From positions 119,970,001 to 120,034,000 of the forward strand of contig NC_042999.1 in the NCBI RefSeq assembly GCF_006345805.1: DNA of 64,000 nt, read 5' to 3'. Shown in pieces: positions 24,661 to 39,015 of the stretch (its first letter is position 1; each line of letters opens with the position of its first letter). The position numbers and the translations under genes were made by a program. A model generated the notes under the pieces. The model did not search any database. It was not told the DNA's origin and was given only the letters and a program-made list of their open reading frames with translations. This DNA is from Octopus sinensis (Eukaryota).

Positions 24661-27600
24661 ATATACATTCATATATATATATATATGTGTGTGTATGTAT
24701 GTGTGTATATATAGTTGGTTTGGTGCTCGTGTGCGTGTGTGTATATGTGTGTGAGTTTATGTGCATGTGTTTGAACGCAAGATAATAAATGCATGCTTGT
24801 TTACGATTTTGAAATCTATATATGCATACATTTCGTTTGTGTTTAACTTTTAATGCTGTTATTATTTTGTAAGGAATATTATGTAACACAAAGTTATGTC
24901 ACATTCTCTTGCAGCAGACCTCTATCTCCTATGCTAGCAATCGACTTGTTTGAAAGCAAATGTATTTTTCAACAAAATGTTTATTAGATTAGAGTTCTTT
25001 TCCGAAATATTAAAACGATAGACTTGCATTATTCTAAGAGAATATCGGCGCATCGTAGTGCAATTAAGCATCATGTTGACATTGAAGTATATTTCATAGG
25101 TGATTTATTCATGAATTCTGTCGTGATATTCTTGCTACATATATTCATAAATATGACAAAAAGAAAATGTGAATAGATGTTTCACTTATATAAGCAATTG
25201 CTCTTCTTTTGTTGTTAGAATTAATTTTATGCTGTGTGATATCTCTCGCAAAACAGTCATTGCAGACTTCTTATTGTTATAGAATATTGTTACCAGTAGG
25301 TTACAGACAAATAGACTGAGAATTACAAATAAGATTTATATTTAAATAACGTTGCCTATTTATTCCCCGATGATATTAAAATATATATCCTTACTATCAT
25401 TACTACATTTTGGACAGTTATATTGAATGCGAAAACAAAGGCATGTGTGTAAGCAAATAAACATTGAATGAATTCTGGTTATTTTTTTCCAGTTAGATTA
25501 AGTTTGAGAGTAGACAGAAATGACCAATACATGCTGCAAATATGCCATTAATACCGAATAAATGAATAGTTGATATTAGCCAATTTGAACTAAAATCTAG
25601 TAAACACTACTCTAGATAACAGAACGTAAAGGTATATGTTTACTTTTTATCTGTGGTATCACGTTAGAAAAAGATATTAAAGTCTACGTGAACGCCTAAG
25701 TAAAAAAAAGCACTCTTAAACTTATAGTTGGTATTTGTTAGTTGGCAAGTGAGAAATTTTCCTTAGAAACCACATACTATTTTCCCCATGTCTAACACAT
25801 TAGTAATACAAAGTATTTTATCTTTGCATAATTTGGAATATAATCACTTGGATTAAGCATTGATATGGTAGGGTTTATATTCTGCAGTTGCATTATGTTT
25901 CATATTTCAAAAGAATGATAAATACTTGCTAAATGTGTGCTTTGACATTAAGTTGCTTTCTGAAAATGTCACAAGAGATAATAGAAAATCTTTTTTATAA
26001 TTGGTTCTATTACGTATGATTTGAGTGATAGTGAAAAGCAAAGTTTATTATTGAAAAATGTTTATTGGATTTCACATCGGTGGTATTTCTATAAAAATCA
26101 GAAAACAAGGCAAAAAGATACTGAAGCTATATATATTTATATGCGTAAAGAAAAGAAGGTGAATGATAATTTGGTACTCTTTCAGAATAAAATACAATAG
26201 TATAGGAGTTGTTATTTCTATCTGTATTTTACACAATATACAGACATAGCTATCGTATTTGTCATTCATAGCGATATTTTGATAACTGAAATGGGAATTC
26301 TGATCCATGTAAACTTTCAAAATATAGCTCTATGTTACTCATTTTCATATGCATTAATATTAGCCTTATCAGTTACATTGTTAAACCTACTATTGGTTCT
26401 CAGGAAAACATTGGTCGCCCATTGAACATTCTATAATCTCATTCGCCCCTATTTTTCGATTCAAAACGGAATTGTAAGCAGTAACGTTCTACCAACTAAC
26501 TCATTGCCCTTTCACATTTAACTCTATAATACTTTTAATTCGGTTCGATTTAATTCGTTCTTGGATTTATCGTTCTACCATGACCAATAGTATAATGTTT
26601 AAAATCGATGAATAAAGTAAATATGAAAGTTGCTTCAGATGTGAGATACGCCAAACAGAAAACAACTTACGCATACACACTCAGTCTCAATTGAAAGAGG
26701 AGTGCGTCAGGTTATAACATTGCGCTATTGGTTCCCTGGTTACAGATCGTTTATCAAATTATGTAAATTCTACAGTTTGTCTTGCTTGTTTATTATTCAC
26801 CCACAAAAACAATCCATGCTGTTCTGAAACTTTCGGTATTATACGTCATTATCTAAATCTGCTCAAGGTAGCTACCTGGCAGAAATGAATCTAATGCTTA
26901 GCGGCATTTCTTCCAGATTTACTTTCCAAGTTCAAATTTCGCCCAGGTCGACTTTACTTTTCCTCTGTTCGTGATCAGTAAAATAAGTATCACTTCAGAA
27001 TTAGGATCGGTGTAATCAACTTTCACACCCCTCAAAATTTCTGACCGTGTGACAAAACAATAAAAATGATTTAGTCAAATCAACATTTACATTACTCCAA
27101 TTTACTGTCTCCATAAAATTAAACAAATATACCCCTGGAATTAAGAAGTAAGACTACATTTTAGATTATTTTCCTGTTAATTACGTAACGTATTTCACTT
27201 CTAGTATTAAATATACCATTCCTTTACATTCTAAATCCTTTGAAACCCATTTTCACTTTAAATAATTTCTGATTAAAAAATTAATTATTCTAGTATTGTG
27301 GTCAAGTAGATTTACTATACACTAACCTAAACTCAATGGTTTGTGACTGATAAAAAATGATATTAAATATAAGTCATCGTAAACAAAATACTCTGTATAA
27401 TTTCGTTACCGAAAATATTTTTTTCCAGTTTAAATGTCACCTTCTTCTAACCTTCCTTTCATTTTTTAGGTGTCAACAAAATTATATCAAGTAATTGCTG
27501 GTGTCAATTTAACTGACCGTACACTTCCCTTACATAGGTAGCTCTTTATCAGCGCTATATATCAGAATTACACATATCTGTATTAAATAAATCGGTTTTA

Positions 27601-28430
27601 ACTTTGAAACAAAAGATAGTAAGTAGAATACTGGACTAAAATCTCTGGGTAAACTTCAGCTTTTCTCCATCCAAAGAAATGCTTAACATAATCTTCTATG
27701 TGCTATCATTTATAGCGTTATCTTCTTCAAGTTCACAGCCACAATGGTTTATTTCACATCTCGCGAGGTTTCTAAATTTGTATCGTATAAGCATCATACA
27801 ATTGTTGCTGTTTCGAAATGGCTTCTCAAATGGATAGAGAAAATTTGAAGTGTTACTTGATAAAATGTTAGTACATTTCTTGTATACAGAAGATGTGGGC
27901 ACGTGTCTCGAGTTCCACTGTTATAAATAACTTATTTCATATCTCTCGATAGTACCAGTTTCTTTTGCTGTAAACAACATGTCTATATTATCTTAAAGTA
28001 GAAATTACTTCATATTATATAGTCTAGAATCTTTGTTTGAAAAGAAGAACAACATCTTTTACTGTAATTCATTAGCGATTAAGCAAATTTATTTTCTACT
28101 GTTTGATGGTTCCAATGAGGATATATGTTCAGCCGGTAATTTTGCAAAATTTAAGGCCGCTTAATAAAATTTTGCTTCATAAGTATTGTGTTGTTTTACT
28201 AAACAATTCCGATTGGTTATTTCATGTTCCTATATGTCAAAATGTTTAACCATTGTCACCTTTGCTTATGTTTGTTTTCTTTTTATAGCGCTAAAGTTGG
28301 AGTTTGACATTATCAGCTTTGTAGAGTTCAAGAGATCGCAGTTTCTTGAATTGCACAAAAGTAATGACATTCAGCAAAAAGAAAAACAAGTGACATAAAA
28401 AATATTTTTAATGTAGTTATTCCATTTTAT

Positions 28431-28466
<36 letters not shown>

Positions 28467-31400
28467 CATGAGATGTTGTTTATCAGGACTACTACTCTCT
28501 CCGATTCATTTCCTTTCTGTTTTTTAATGCAATATTTAAGCTTTTCCCGTGGAGTAAAGTTGTATGCATCTATTAATATTTTAAAAGTTTTAGTTGGAAA
28601 CTATTATCTTTCGAATTGTTGCAATAGAAATGTTTATGGAAAAAATGCTCTTACCGGAATTCATCTCTTTAAATTCTGTTTCATAATTGAAAATTGGAAG
28701 AAAATTATAACGTAGAAGATGTATGAATTCAAAAACAAAACATAAAAGAAAGCATAATTGTCAACAAATAGAATATTCCCTTTAGGGAAAATGTGTAACC
28801 AAATAAAAAATATCTCGATTTGAAAAGGAAATTAACATTCTGCAGGAAATCAGCCTCTGTCATCTGACACTTTAAAAAATGCAAAGACATAAAGCTTTCA
28901 GTTAAAAATATTCAGTAGAAGTTACATTGATGCTCAGGTTGACCGATACCGTATCAATAATCAAATATTAAATAGTTATATAAAAATGTACGAACATAAA
29001 TATATATTAACAAAAATGGGAATACAATATTTATGCATTCAAAAATGCAAATATTTTCTATAAAGTTAATCTTCATAAATTTAGCCTTGATGAATTTCCT
29101 GCAGACTATGCTTTAAATTCGTAATTGCGAACAAATGCAGATTTCTGTTCAAACTTTATATGAAATTCAATTTCATGAATCAGCAAAGAGTTTATCTGTG
29201 GACAAGACTTTTCTCGTAATTCTGTTAGTTTCTTCTGCATCTTATGCTGCAAACAGAAACATGTGCTATCATTTCTTTCAGGAATCAGTTTATTTCGCTT
29301 AGTAAAAATAAAAAGCCCAAATTATCAGGCAAACCAAATGCAATTTTTAACTGTAATTTTAAAAGCTCCATCATGTTGTTTTTTCCTTGCTGCTTAGCGT
29401 TATAACAGATGCATGATCAAAAATATTTCAGCAGTGACCTTCCTATCTTTTTATTATATCCAATGTATTTATAATGTACACTGCTACTTCACTGAGATCT
29501 GTAAGCTTTTTCTTCTGAGCCAGGTAACTGCACCCTGCTGCAGCACGTTTTTAAAGTTTATTTGTGATGGAACTTGCTCGGTAACTATCAATACATTCTT
29601 AGTGTTTGCACTGCTTCTAACAATAAGCAGTTCCAGCCCTTGGTCGCTGCTTTCAGACATGTAAATCAAGAGTTAAGTGTTGTAATTACATATAAGGTGT
29701 GGCACATGTAACAGTATACACATCTGTGATACTGGTTCTCAATTGTTTTCTAGTACACTACAGACTTAAACACACGCTTCTCTGTAGCGTATATGAATCA
29801 AAATATTTCCAGTATGTGTGAGAATACATGTGTAGGTCGAGGTTTGTGTATAAGGATGTAGTGTTGTGTGGGTATGTATTAGTGCGTGTGTATGTGTGTG
29901 TGTGTGTGCAGAAATAAACAGTTAGATGACACTATGTAATTAGTCTAAAACTGAACCTCCGTGTGTTTAGGGGCATTTGTATGTGTGTGCGCATGTATGC
30001 GTGTGCTTCTGTGTGAATATATGTGTGTGTGCATGTGTGTGTGTGTAGATGTGCGTGCTCGCAGTCTTTACTGCATGTGACAGTTCAAATATTCTCAACC
30101 TGAACATACAGCAAAGACGTAGACGCATATACACAACCACTCGTGAAAACAATTGCTTCCGTCTCCATAAACTCCATTGAAAGAACTTCGACCTATTGTG
30201 ATCGATGTTCCTAACTCTGCTGCAAATAATCACCTAAATAGATATTGATTTCTTACAGCAAAAATATATATTGATTTCTTACCTAAGCACAAGGCAATAC
30301 ATTTCTTGAAGAACTTCACTTCTGTGCTAATCATGATTTCATGGAAGTAGAGCAACCGAATTAAAATAAACAAAAGATGTAACCCGAGTCGCTTATGGAC
30401 TTCTCTAGTCCGAATACATTACACAAATTCCCTGTTTATTCAGCTTTTATCATTAGCGTCCCAAGTTACATACTAAAGTTTTCCTAAATGTTGCCCTAGC
30501 ATTTTAGTTATTCGGTGAGCAATTAAAGTCTACTAAGTAACATTTGATTAAGAAAAAACTGAGCGGAAATCTATTAGTCAACATTATTGTTTTGGGACAG
30601 TAGATACTCTCCTACTTGGCTTATCACCAACAATTTAAATGTGAGTTTCTTCAACAGAGCCTGCTCTTTTGCAAACACTCCAGCTATGGTTCAAACCTGA
30701 AGTTGATTACCTTCAACTAGTCTCTGAAATTCTCCATAGTGGTTATTTTCGTTGCTCTTCGACGTTTAACTTAGCCATGAAAAACATTTTTCCTCTCTCA
30801 ACAAGTTACATTTATCAAAAGATTAATCATATCACTTATTCTTTTTTTTTATCAATAACAAAGTTCCTTTTAATGGTGTTTATTGCTGCTTGGAAAAAAA
30901 GAGGCTATGTGGGGAAGAAATCTGCTTTGATGTTGATGGCATTCCTAAGAATATTAGTGCCATAAGCAATATGTAAAGCGTGCTTCAAATGCGAATCAGA
31001 ACAGCATAGCAGACAAAAATCACCTAGAATATAGTTATTGGTTTAGAATTATCAATACCTTCCTCTTTTAGTGCAATACTATATTTGAAATAGGGAAAAT
31101 GTTCGTTATATGTTTCGCATAATAGTTATATGTTTACTAAAGCCTAAATAACAAAACTCCTACGTAAAAATATAATTTAAAACCGTTTACGAAATATATT
31201 AAATACTGCACATCTAACACATTTCGAATGTTATAATGTAACTAAGGCATTTAGATGTAGGTACGATTTCTTTTGACTGAAAACAATATTAATTTTAAAG
31301 AGGCGTTATAGTGAATTAACTTGAATTGCAATTTATTGCACTTACTTATTTTAATGACCTTGGACTGAATTCAGCTCATTCAAATAGATCTAAATTCACA

Positions 31401-32499
31401 ATACTTACAGATGAAACCATAATAAAATATTTGCTCAAAAGTTCTTCCAACCCAGTTTTATTACCTCCCAAGTTCGATATAAAACCGGTTCAGTTTGGCA
31501 CTGCAGTGCAAAAGGGTAATTTTCTAAAGCATGCACAAATCTAGTGAATTGACAACAATGCTATGAAGTACAAAATCAGCTCAGAAATTATGACGATTCA
31601 AAGAAAAGCGAAGAAATTTCATGTGAGTATGAAAGGAATGATTTTAAAGCAAATGTTTCCATAATCGATTGTGAAATTCTTAAAAATAAAATTGCTTTAA
31701 GGAAATAAGTAAGTTATGTCTTTATCAGAAATAGGTGAAACCGCATTTTTTAACTAAAAAGCGGCATTGAGAATTATCTCAAAGAAAAGAGAGCCAATAA
31801 TCCCTAATAATTTAGGCCTAGAGTAAATAATTCCCGACTGAGATTTAAGCAACAGTTAACTGAAAAGATTTCGTAATCAAGTGTAACCGTAAACATTTTC
31901 TTTTGGACCACAACTCTCTTTAATCACTCTTTTAAACTCCAAAATCGAACTCTCATTAAAGACTATAAAAATTTTAATTGAGCACTTAGCACAACATTTT
32001 ACAGATCTGATCCACCCATTTTAGTTCATGATAAAAAAAATATACGCTGACGTGCCCAGCAAGAACTCATTCAGAAATTGGATTCCTTGGTAACGAGAAA
32101 GTTATTACTGCCATTAGAATGCTCAGCACACACAAGGCTCTGTGAAAGAGGACGTTTTACATAAGGGAGGTGAAGTAATTATCATTGCTTCGCATCTTAT
32201 AAATATTGATGGTTGAAATATTACTTCAATTTTAGGAGACTGAATTCTCATTCATAAAGACGAAGCATGAATGTCATAATTATAGATGCATTTCTTTTTG
32301 TCTATTGTACATAAATATCTTCGCACGAATTAGACTTGCTTGTTCAACATATCATGTATGTCTAAAAGGAAAAACTGCATTACGACTCACGTATGTTCTT
32401 GAATCGCAATACGGTTTTTCTTTTAGAGTTTTGTTTTAGATTACAAATTACATGATATTGTATTGAACAACGCCCATGTCTATTGATCTAAGAAAGTCA

Positions 32500-32930
32500 T
32501 TCGATACAGGATTATAATGCTCACCATGACTTGTCAATTTATTTGTATAGTTACATTGTGATACAAAAGGTCAATATATTTTCTGAGGATAATTTTCACC
32601 CACTTTTATAGTCAACAGTGGTGTTAATAGGCGATATATTCTAGCTCCAACATTTTTCTCTATCTTACTTCAGTAATGCTGAATGCTTTTCAAAAATATC
32701 ATGTCGATATCTCTTTAATATACATAACCTTAGGTGAAATTCTGAACTTGCCAAGATGAAAGCACAATCCAAGACATTTATGGTTGGCATCTGTTATACA
32801 CCAATGATTATGTTATTGTGGCACATTTATAAATTGAAATAGTGATATGCGAAATTGTGTGCTTTTCGTTACTAAATAATGTACGGCGTTCAGCCTAACC
32901 ATTAGCACATGTAAAGCAACACTATTGTAC
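32500..32930 (+). mobile_element. RTE-clade reverse transcriptase fragment (decayed)
   Basis: From 32611 translates as VNSGVNRRYILAPTFFSILL (cf. VxNGVKQGCVLAPTLFSI), followed by NLARMKAQSKT and a degenerate LLY(T/A)ND motif. Confidence 0.72.
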
Positions 32931-33204
32931 ATTCGTCTGCTAACAGTTCCTGACGTGTAGTGCAATATTTATATCTTATGTTATAAATAAGAACTAGATT
33001 ATTCTCGAAAATATGTGGTTTCTATTTCTTGGGACAAAATGTTGAGATTCATTCAAAATAGAAACGTATTCTAGTATAAGTAATACACCTCTGGATTTTA
33101 GAATAGGTGGACAAACGAGACTGCTAGATCGACATTCGAAGCATGTTCTATTTACTGGAGAAGTGTGTTGATATCAGTTCGAAACTTAGACACTACATTA
33201 TTGC

Positions 33205-33415
33205 TTTAAAATTTTAGTACGAAGCCAATAATTTTGGGAGTGGGGAAAATTCGATCATATCGACACCAGTACTCGACTGCTACTTACTTTATCAATTTCG
33301 AAAAGATGAAAGCGAAAGTCAGCCAATGCAGAATTAGAACTAAGAACGTAAAATCGAACAAAATACCATTAAGCATGGTGCTCGGGGTATTAACCATTCT
33401 GCCATCGAGCCGCTT
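33205..33415 (-). mobile_element. SINE family B, diverged copy
   Basis: Collinear with 650-854 and 62880-63091. Confidence 0.75.
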
Positions 33416-34785
33416 TATACACACCAGATTGTTACTACTGAAATTAGTCAGTAGCACGTAACCCTGTTAGTGTTATGACTGAAACACTGTACAAAAATAC
33501 TTCAAGCAAATAAGCATTAATCTCAAAAACTCTTAAGGAAATGCAAGAATCAGAATTAAATAGGAGGAATATTAAAGACGCAGTGTTTTGGAAATTTGCT
33601 TATAAGAGTACATATGCAGAATTTATATAAGAGAGATTGTTGATAGTTTATCAGAGCTTGAATTTGAATGCTCAGTCAGGGAAGTAATTCTATATTAGAT
33701 GACTCTGCTGGTAAATCACCGAAAAACTTCTTGCAAACGATCTTTCTCCTGACCATATATAATCTACTTAAAACATTATTGCTACCTATATGTGCACACC
33801 CATACAGCATGGTGTATATGAATATACAGCGTAATCTTCATAAATAACGCATTATTTCACCGACATTCTGCAGCCCCCAAACCATTACCAGATAACACAA
33901 TAAACCTCTGCATGTTTCACCGCACTGCTGCACATGTCACTCCTACGGAATTACAAACTGTACACTGCAAACCTCTAAACCTCTCGTATTGATTCATTTC
34001 ATTCCTTTTGTCATCATTAGGATGTCTCAACGTTAAACAGCTCCAATTACTTTGCTAGACTTCATATAATTATAAACAAAATGAATATTATCGCGAATGC
34101 TATCATAATTTACAATACTACAATGTTATAATGTTTTATGAAACTCAAAACGTGATTTTAAATTCTCTTTTACAAGATTTTTTTTTTTTACTTTTTTCAA
34201 TAAGACTAACTACTGATTTTCTATACATGGATGAGGTTTGAATGTCATTCACATTAAAATATGCTAATAACTATTCTGCATTTGTATGCAGATTAGTCTA
34301 GTCGTATTATGCGTAATTACCAATTAAATATATTAGAAGCAATAAACTGCTCTAGAAAACTTTCAAATCCAAGAAATATTTATGAACAACGCAATGGACA
34401 GTTCGTGATCACTGGAAAGTACAATGCTAATTAGATCCGTATTTTCGAATTTAGTTATTCCTTGCACAGTTTCTTGTGAAATAAGTGTGCTTGCTCACTC
34501 TTAATTAGTTGATAATCTACTGCAATTTGCATAACAGATATAGTCATCTTACTGACGTAAATGTTCTGCAGAAACATCATTAAATTATACTCCATTTCCC
34601 CACATAAACGAGTTACTTTTATCCGACAATACGAATATGAAATTGTGAAATGTCTCCCGTGTTAAAATCAATCAAATATATCAAATGGAAAATATCTTTT
34701 CTATAATGTCATTACTATTATTATTGTTGTTGTTGTTATTATTATTGTTATAATAATAATTACTATTATTATCATTATCATTTAT

Positions 34786-35034
34786 TGTCTTTGCACAGCT
34801 TCTAACGCTGGAGATGAAATATGGCGCTAGCTGTTCACTATCAGTGAACTAAGGTAAAATTCCTTATTTTTTGAACACCATGCGGAGCATTCGATCGGTT
34901 CAAAGTAGTACTGTTTTCTGCAGCCCCTATTTGTTCCATGAATTTCTCAAGATTCTTACTCATTGTTCCCAGGGCTCAGACAATTATTGCTATTACTATC
35001 ACCTTTTTCAGCGATCACAACGGCTTAACATCCC
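34786..35034 (-). mobile_element. 3' end of R4/Dong-like (RLE) non-LTR retrotransposon with (AAT)n tail
   Basis: Minus translation SLKKVIVIAIIV*ALGTMSKNLEKFMEQIGAA...KTVLL..RMLRMV matches the RLE C-terminus (IVIGALG...LQKxxLLGTARILR). Runs into the (TAT)n tract at ~34700-34785. Confidence 0.75.
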
Positions 35035-35135
35035 AACCTAACCTGTCATATCTATCTACTTTTCTTTGTTGTTGTTATTGTTGTTATTATTATGATGATT
35101 ATTATTATTATGATTATTATTATTATTATTATTAT

Positions 35136-35451
35136 TGAGTGAGAGAGCAGTTCATGCCATCAAAGTGACATTGGGGTAAAATATACGAAGCCCAATATAC
35201 CCATCATGACTACCCGTCTGATAAGGGTACACCAGGTACATGCATCACAACCATATGTGCGCGACATGGTGATCTCATATCAAGATAAGCAGCACATGAC
35301 CTTGCAGGTGGGGCCCAGTTAGAATTTTCTTCAGGTTGAGTCGCCCATCCCGCTCAAAAGGTCCCTGAATAAGGGTTGTTTAAGGATGTTGAAAGAACCA
35401 CCCATGCTTCCAGAGGTGAATTATTCAAACCCCAAAGAATCCCTCTCAACA

Positions 35452-35452
<1 letters not shown>
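35136..35452. mobile_element. Non-coding interspersed repeat sitting between two (TTA)n tracts
   Basis: GC-richer island with sharp boundaries into ATT repeats on both sides. Recalled as a multicopy cephalopod repeat; only one copy in the window. Confidence 0.55.

Positions 35453-35546
<94 letters not shown>
35453..35546. repeat. (TTA)n microsatellite
   Basis: Direct reading. Confidence 0.98.
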
Positions 35547-35799
35547 GTGCCGTCAGACGGCTAAGTCACACTGGACATTGGCTCCGTAATTTTTGTAAAC
35601 AAATTGAGCATGACTCACGGGGAAATGCCGCATTCAGTTTCGCCATTTCTACCATCATGGAAGACGAATTGTTTGTTGCTGAGCAGTTACTTTGTTTGTG
35701 TGCGTTGTCTCCCATTTTAAGGTGGCAACTCGACAAAACTTTGCTTCTGTAACTTTTGTTTTCTCCCTCACAGAGAAATCACTTGATAAAACAATGAAG

Positions 35800-37700
35800 C
35801 GTGTGTCTATTCTGTATTTTGTGTAGTTTGTTCTTAGTCATAATCAGCCATCTTTTTTCTCTGTCTGTCTTATCTTCAAAATCACTAAGAAAAATTGTCC
35901 ATGCATTATTTTCCTTACACAGCTATATTCAGTTTCATTCATTTTCAGTTGCTTGTACAGTAATTTATCTTTGCAATCATTCGTCCTACGCAAGCCTGAC
36001 CTTCTTACTTCTCATAATAGCGGTTCTGTGGCATATTTTACATACCATTCTAAGTTGTTTTCTTCTGTAATAATGCTGTGTTTGCATCCATTAAGTCCTC
36101 TAACTCCTTTTTTTCTTGGTACATACGGTGTCTGTGTCACTTTTTGGGGTGGAGTGGCCCATATCTAGTCAACAACTTCTTTGCCTTTCCGTCTAAGCGG
36201 TTTAGTTCGTCTGCTGTCCATACGATTACCCCTGCTCCATTTCTAAGGATTGAAACCGCCCAGGTGTTGATAGCTTCGATCTTATTCCGTCCGTTTAATT
36301 TCGACTTAAGATGAGTCTCAGTCTGCGCAAATACTCCACTTTAATTTTTTCTGAAATTTCTTTCTCCATCAATTTATCCATTGCCAATATCCCCAAGTAC
36401 TTATAGCCCGTCTCTTCTCTCTGTTTCATAACCTCCCCCGATTGTATCGTTAGTTGATTTTGCCTCGCTTCAAGACTAGCACACCACACTTTCTCAGTCC
36501 GAACTCCATTCTGATATCAGCACTGAAATTATACACCGTATCAACGAGGGAACTGACTTGGGCCTCAACTTTACCATAAAGTTTGAGGTCATCCATGAAT
36601 AGCATTTTGACATTCTGTTGGCGGCTTTTGAATACATACCATACCCAGCTTTTGCTTTCCTCAGAATCAGTGTTAGTGGCATAAATCATAGTACAAAGAT
36701 CAGTGGGGACAGGTAGTTCCATTGGAAATGCCCCTCCTGATTTCTATTGTGCCTAACCTTCTTCCGTATGCTGTCAGGTCCGTTTTCTAATTCGCCAGAC
36801 ATTTTCCAAGCATTCGCTCAACATTCGATGCAATACCAAATAGGTTCATACATTCCATAGTCCAAGGGTGTGGGATCATATCGTACGCCTTACAAATCCT
36901 TGACATGACTAAGTTAGTTTTCCTCATCTTGCAGTCTCTAAGTACAGTTTTGTCTATCAAAGGTTGATCGTTGTTACCTCTGCAAGTACGCTTGCAACTT
37001 TTCTGCTCATGTAGCAGTACTCCGTTGTTTTTCAGATATCCGTACATTGACTCTGCGTGTATTCCAGTCAATAACTTCCACATAAGTGGCAAACAGGATA
37101 TCGGCCTGTAATTGTCTACCGTATTGCCTTTTTGCGATGTTTTTCAAGCACAGCACTGTCCTACACAATGTCAACGACTCTGACAGGGTTTTTCGAGAGA
37201 CATATAAGGTGAAAAAGCTCGTTTCTTGTGCACGTGTTCAGTACGCGAGCACTGCTAACTTAGGAAGTTTGTTAAACCACTGTTCTCACGGGAAGGTTGC
37301 ACTTTCAAGTCCATCGTAGTGATTGCTCTGCCATCTTAGCTCATTTCCTTCTGATTATTGGCCCTGATGCGGGAGATTGTGAAGCTGACACGTTTGGAAG
37401 ACTGAGTTTAGACGTTTACCATCTTGGCCAACCTGTTCCAATTATTCATGGAATGGAAGCTGTGACTCGAGAGAGATATAAATTTGCTGAAAGTTAAATG
37501 AGCATAGCTCCAGTTAATGCATTCGGTATGCATCTTTAAGCCAGAGTATGCAGCTGAGAACTACCCTTACTTCAGGATAATTTAAGATCTACCTGGTTCT
37601 TTTATTCGTCATGGACAGTTATATTCCTTGGGGAGCTTATCACATTGCATACTGTTTATAACGCCTTCGTTTTACTCAATTATCTGAGTTTTGTGTAAAC
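35800..37700 (-). mobile_element. R4/Dong-like non-LTR retrotransposon relic 1 (reverse transcriptase region)
   Basis: ORFs 36787-37092 ([28 protein letters not shown]), 36450-36722 (LFMDDLKLYGK, MEFGLRKCGVL), 36295-36489 (GYKYLGI). NYRPISCL lies just upstream and MHGQF downstream. Confidence 0.92.
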
Positions 37701-38819
37701 TGCTTCATCTTGTTATAACATGTCCCTGTCATATTCCCTTAACGTTTTATGTAAGTGACGAGTATAAACAAATCATTTGTATTTTTATTCTTTTTCAGCA
37801 GCGAGATGATAAGTGTCTAATAAGTATGTAGGACTATGTTTGTATACTACACCAGTTTCAAATTATTTGAGTATTTAAAAAAAATTGCTTGTGTTATTCT
37901 AGTCTAGTGATTTTTTAATGCTTTTTCTTTTGTTTTTGAGTAGAGTATGCACTATGCGAATTGTGTTATTTTCTGAAGTGGCGTTTGAGTTTAGTAGGTG
38001 CTGTGTGTTTGATGTTCTGTAGTATTGGATGGTATTCGAATAGAATATGTGGTTTGTAGTTTAATAGGCAGCTGCTATGTAAATGAAGATATATGACATA
38101 TTGATGTTACCCTGTCGAGTGCTTATTGTGTATTTTACTGGATGCTGATCGTGTATATTATGTGTGTTGTATGTGGTTGTGTTTTATTAGGTAGTGGTTG
38201 TGGGATAAATGTATTGTGTCCAGGGAGAGATATAGAGGAAGAAAGGGGCGGGAGAGAGAGAAAAAAAAGCAAGAATATTAATTTTACTGTGATATTGAAA
38301 TATATGTGTCTTCATTTAAATACGCTTTTCTTTCGGAAAAGAATTATAAACGCATGTGATTTCCTAAACGTCTTTTCTTCTATAGTTTAAAGTGTCTTCT
38401 TTTTATTTATATCATACTCTTTCTCGTTCTTTAGGTTTTTATCTCTACACCTTAGATCCTTTCTTTTTCGTTTCCATTTCACTAAGTAAGGATAAGTCTT
38501 ACCTTTAATCTCAATTGTATGTAGTAAACTTGATTTTCATTTTTGGCTGAATGTTTTCTGAGAGTTCAACTCTCATAGAAACAAATCAGATATCCTCCTG
38601 TACTATATCAGCCACTAAATATATCACATAATCTAGTCAGCTGATATTCAAGTAGTTTGTTTCAGTGGACAGATTTTCTTAGAAGGACTTGTTACATTGA
38701 TTTATTCAAAGTTACGCGTCTGTCTGTAATAATGTCATAATGTCAGACAAGTGTTTATGTTGATTCATGTTAATCGATTTTATTATGAGTCCTTCTGTTT
38801 TCATTAGTGTTTCCGGTAG

Positions 38820-39015
38820 AAGACCACAAGGTGGCTGAATCGTTAGCACAGCGGACAACGTGCTTAGTGGAATTTCGTTGGTCTTTATCCTCTGAGTTCA
38901 AAATCCTTTTACTGTCGAAGGTGTACTTGCTGCGCACTGGAGTCGATGCAATCGACTAGCTTCTTCAATCTACCGCCACCTAAACATTTCAGACCTTGTG
39001 CCTATTGTAGAAAGG
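38820..39015 (+). mobile_element. SINE family B, diverged copy
   Basis: Head tggctgaatcgttagcac...tctgagttcaaa and gcactggagtcgatgcaatcgact domain. Confidence 0.72.

Noticed and set aside
27650-29700. Coding-like stretches on the minus strand (ORFs 27696-27902, 29484-29669)
   Set aside because: Frequent stops, no recognisable motif and no consistent frame; cannot be distinguished from AT-rich noise by eye.
30669-31544. ORFs of 98 and 72 aa with TTG starts
   Set aside because: No domain similarity, no splice support, and lengths expected by chance.
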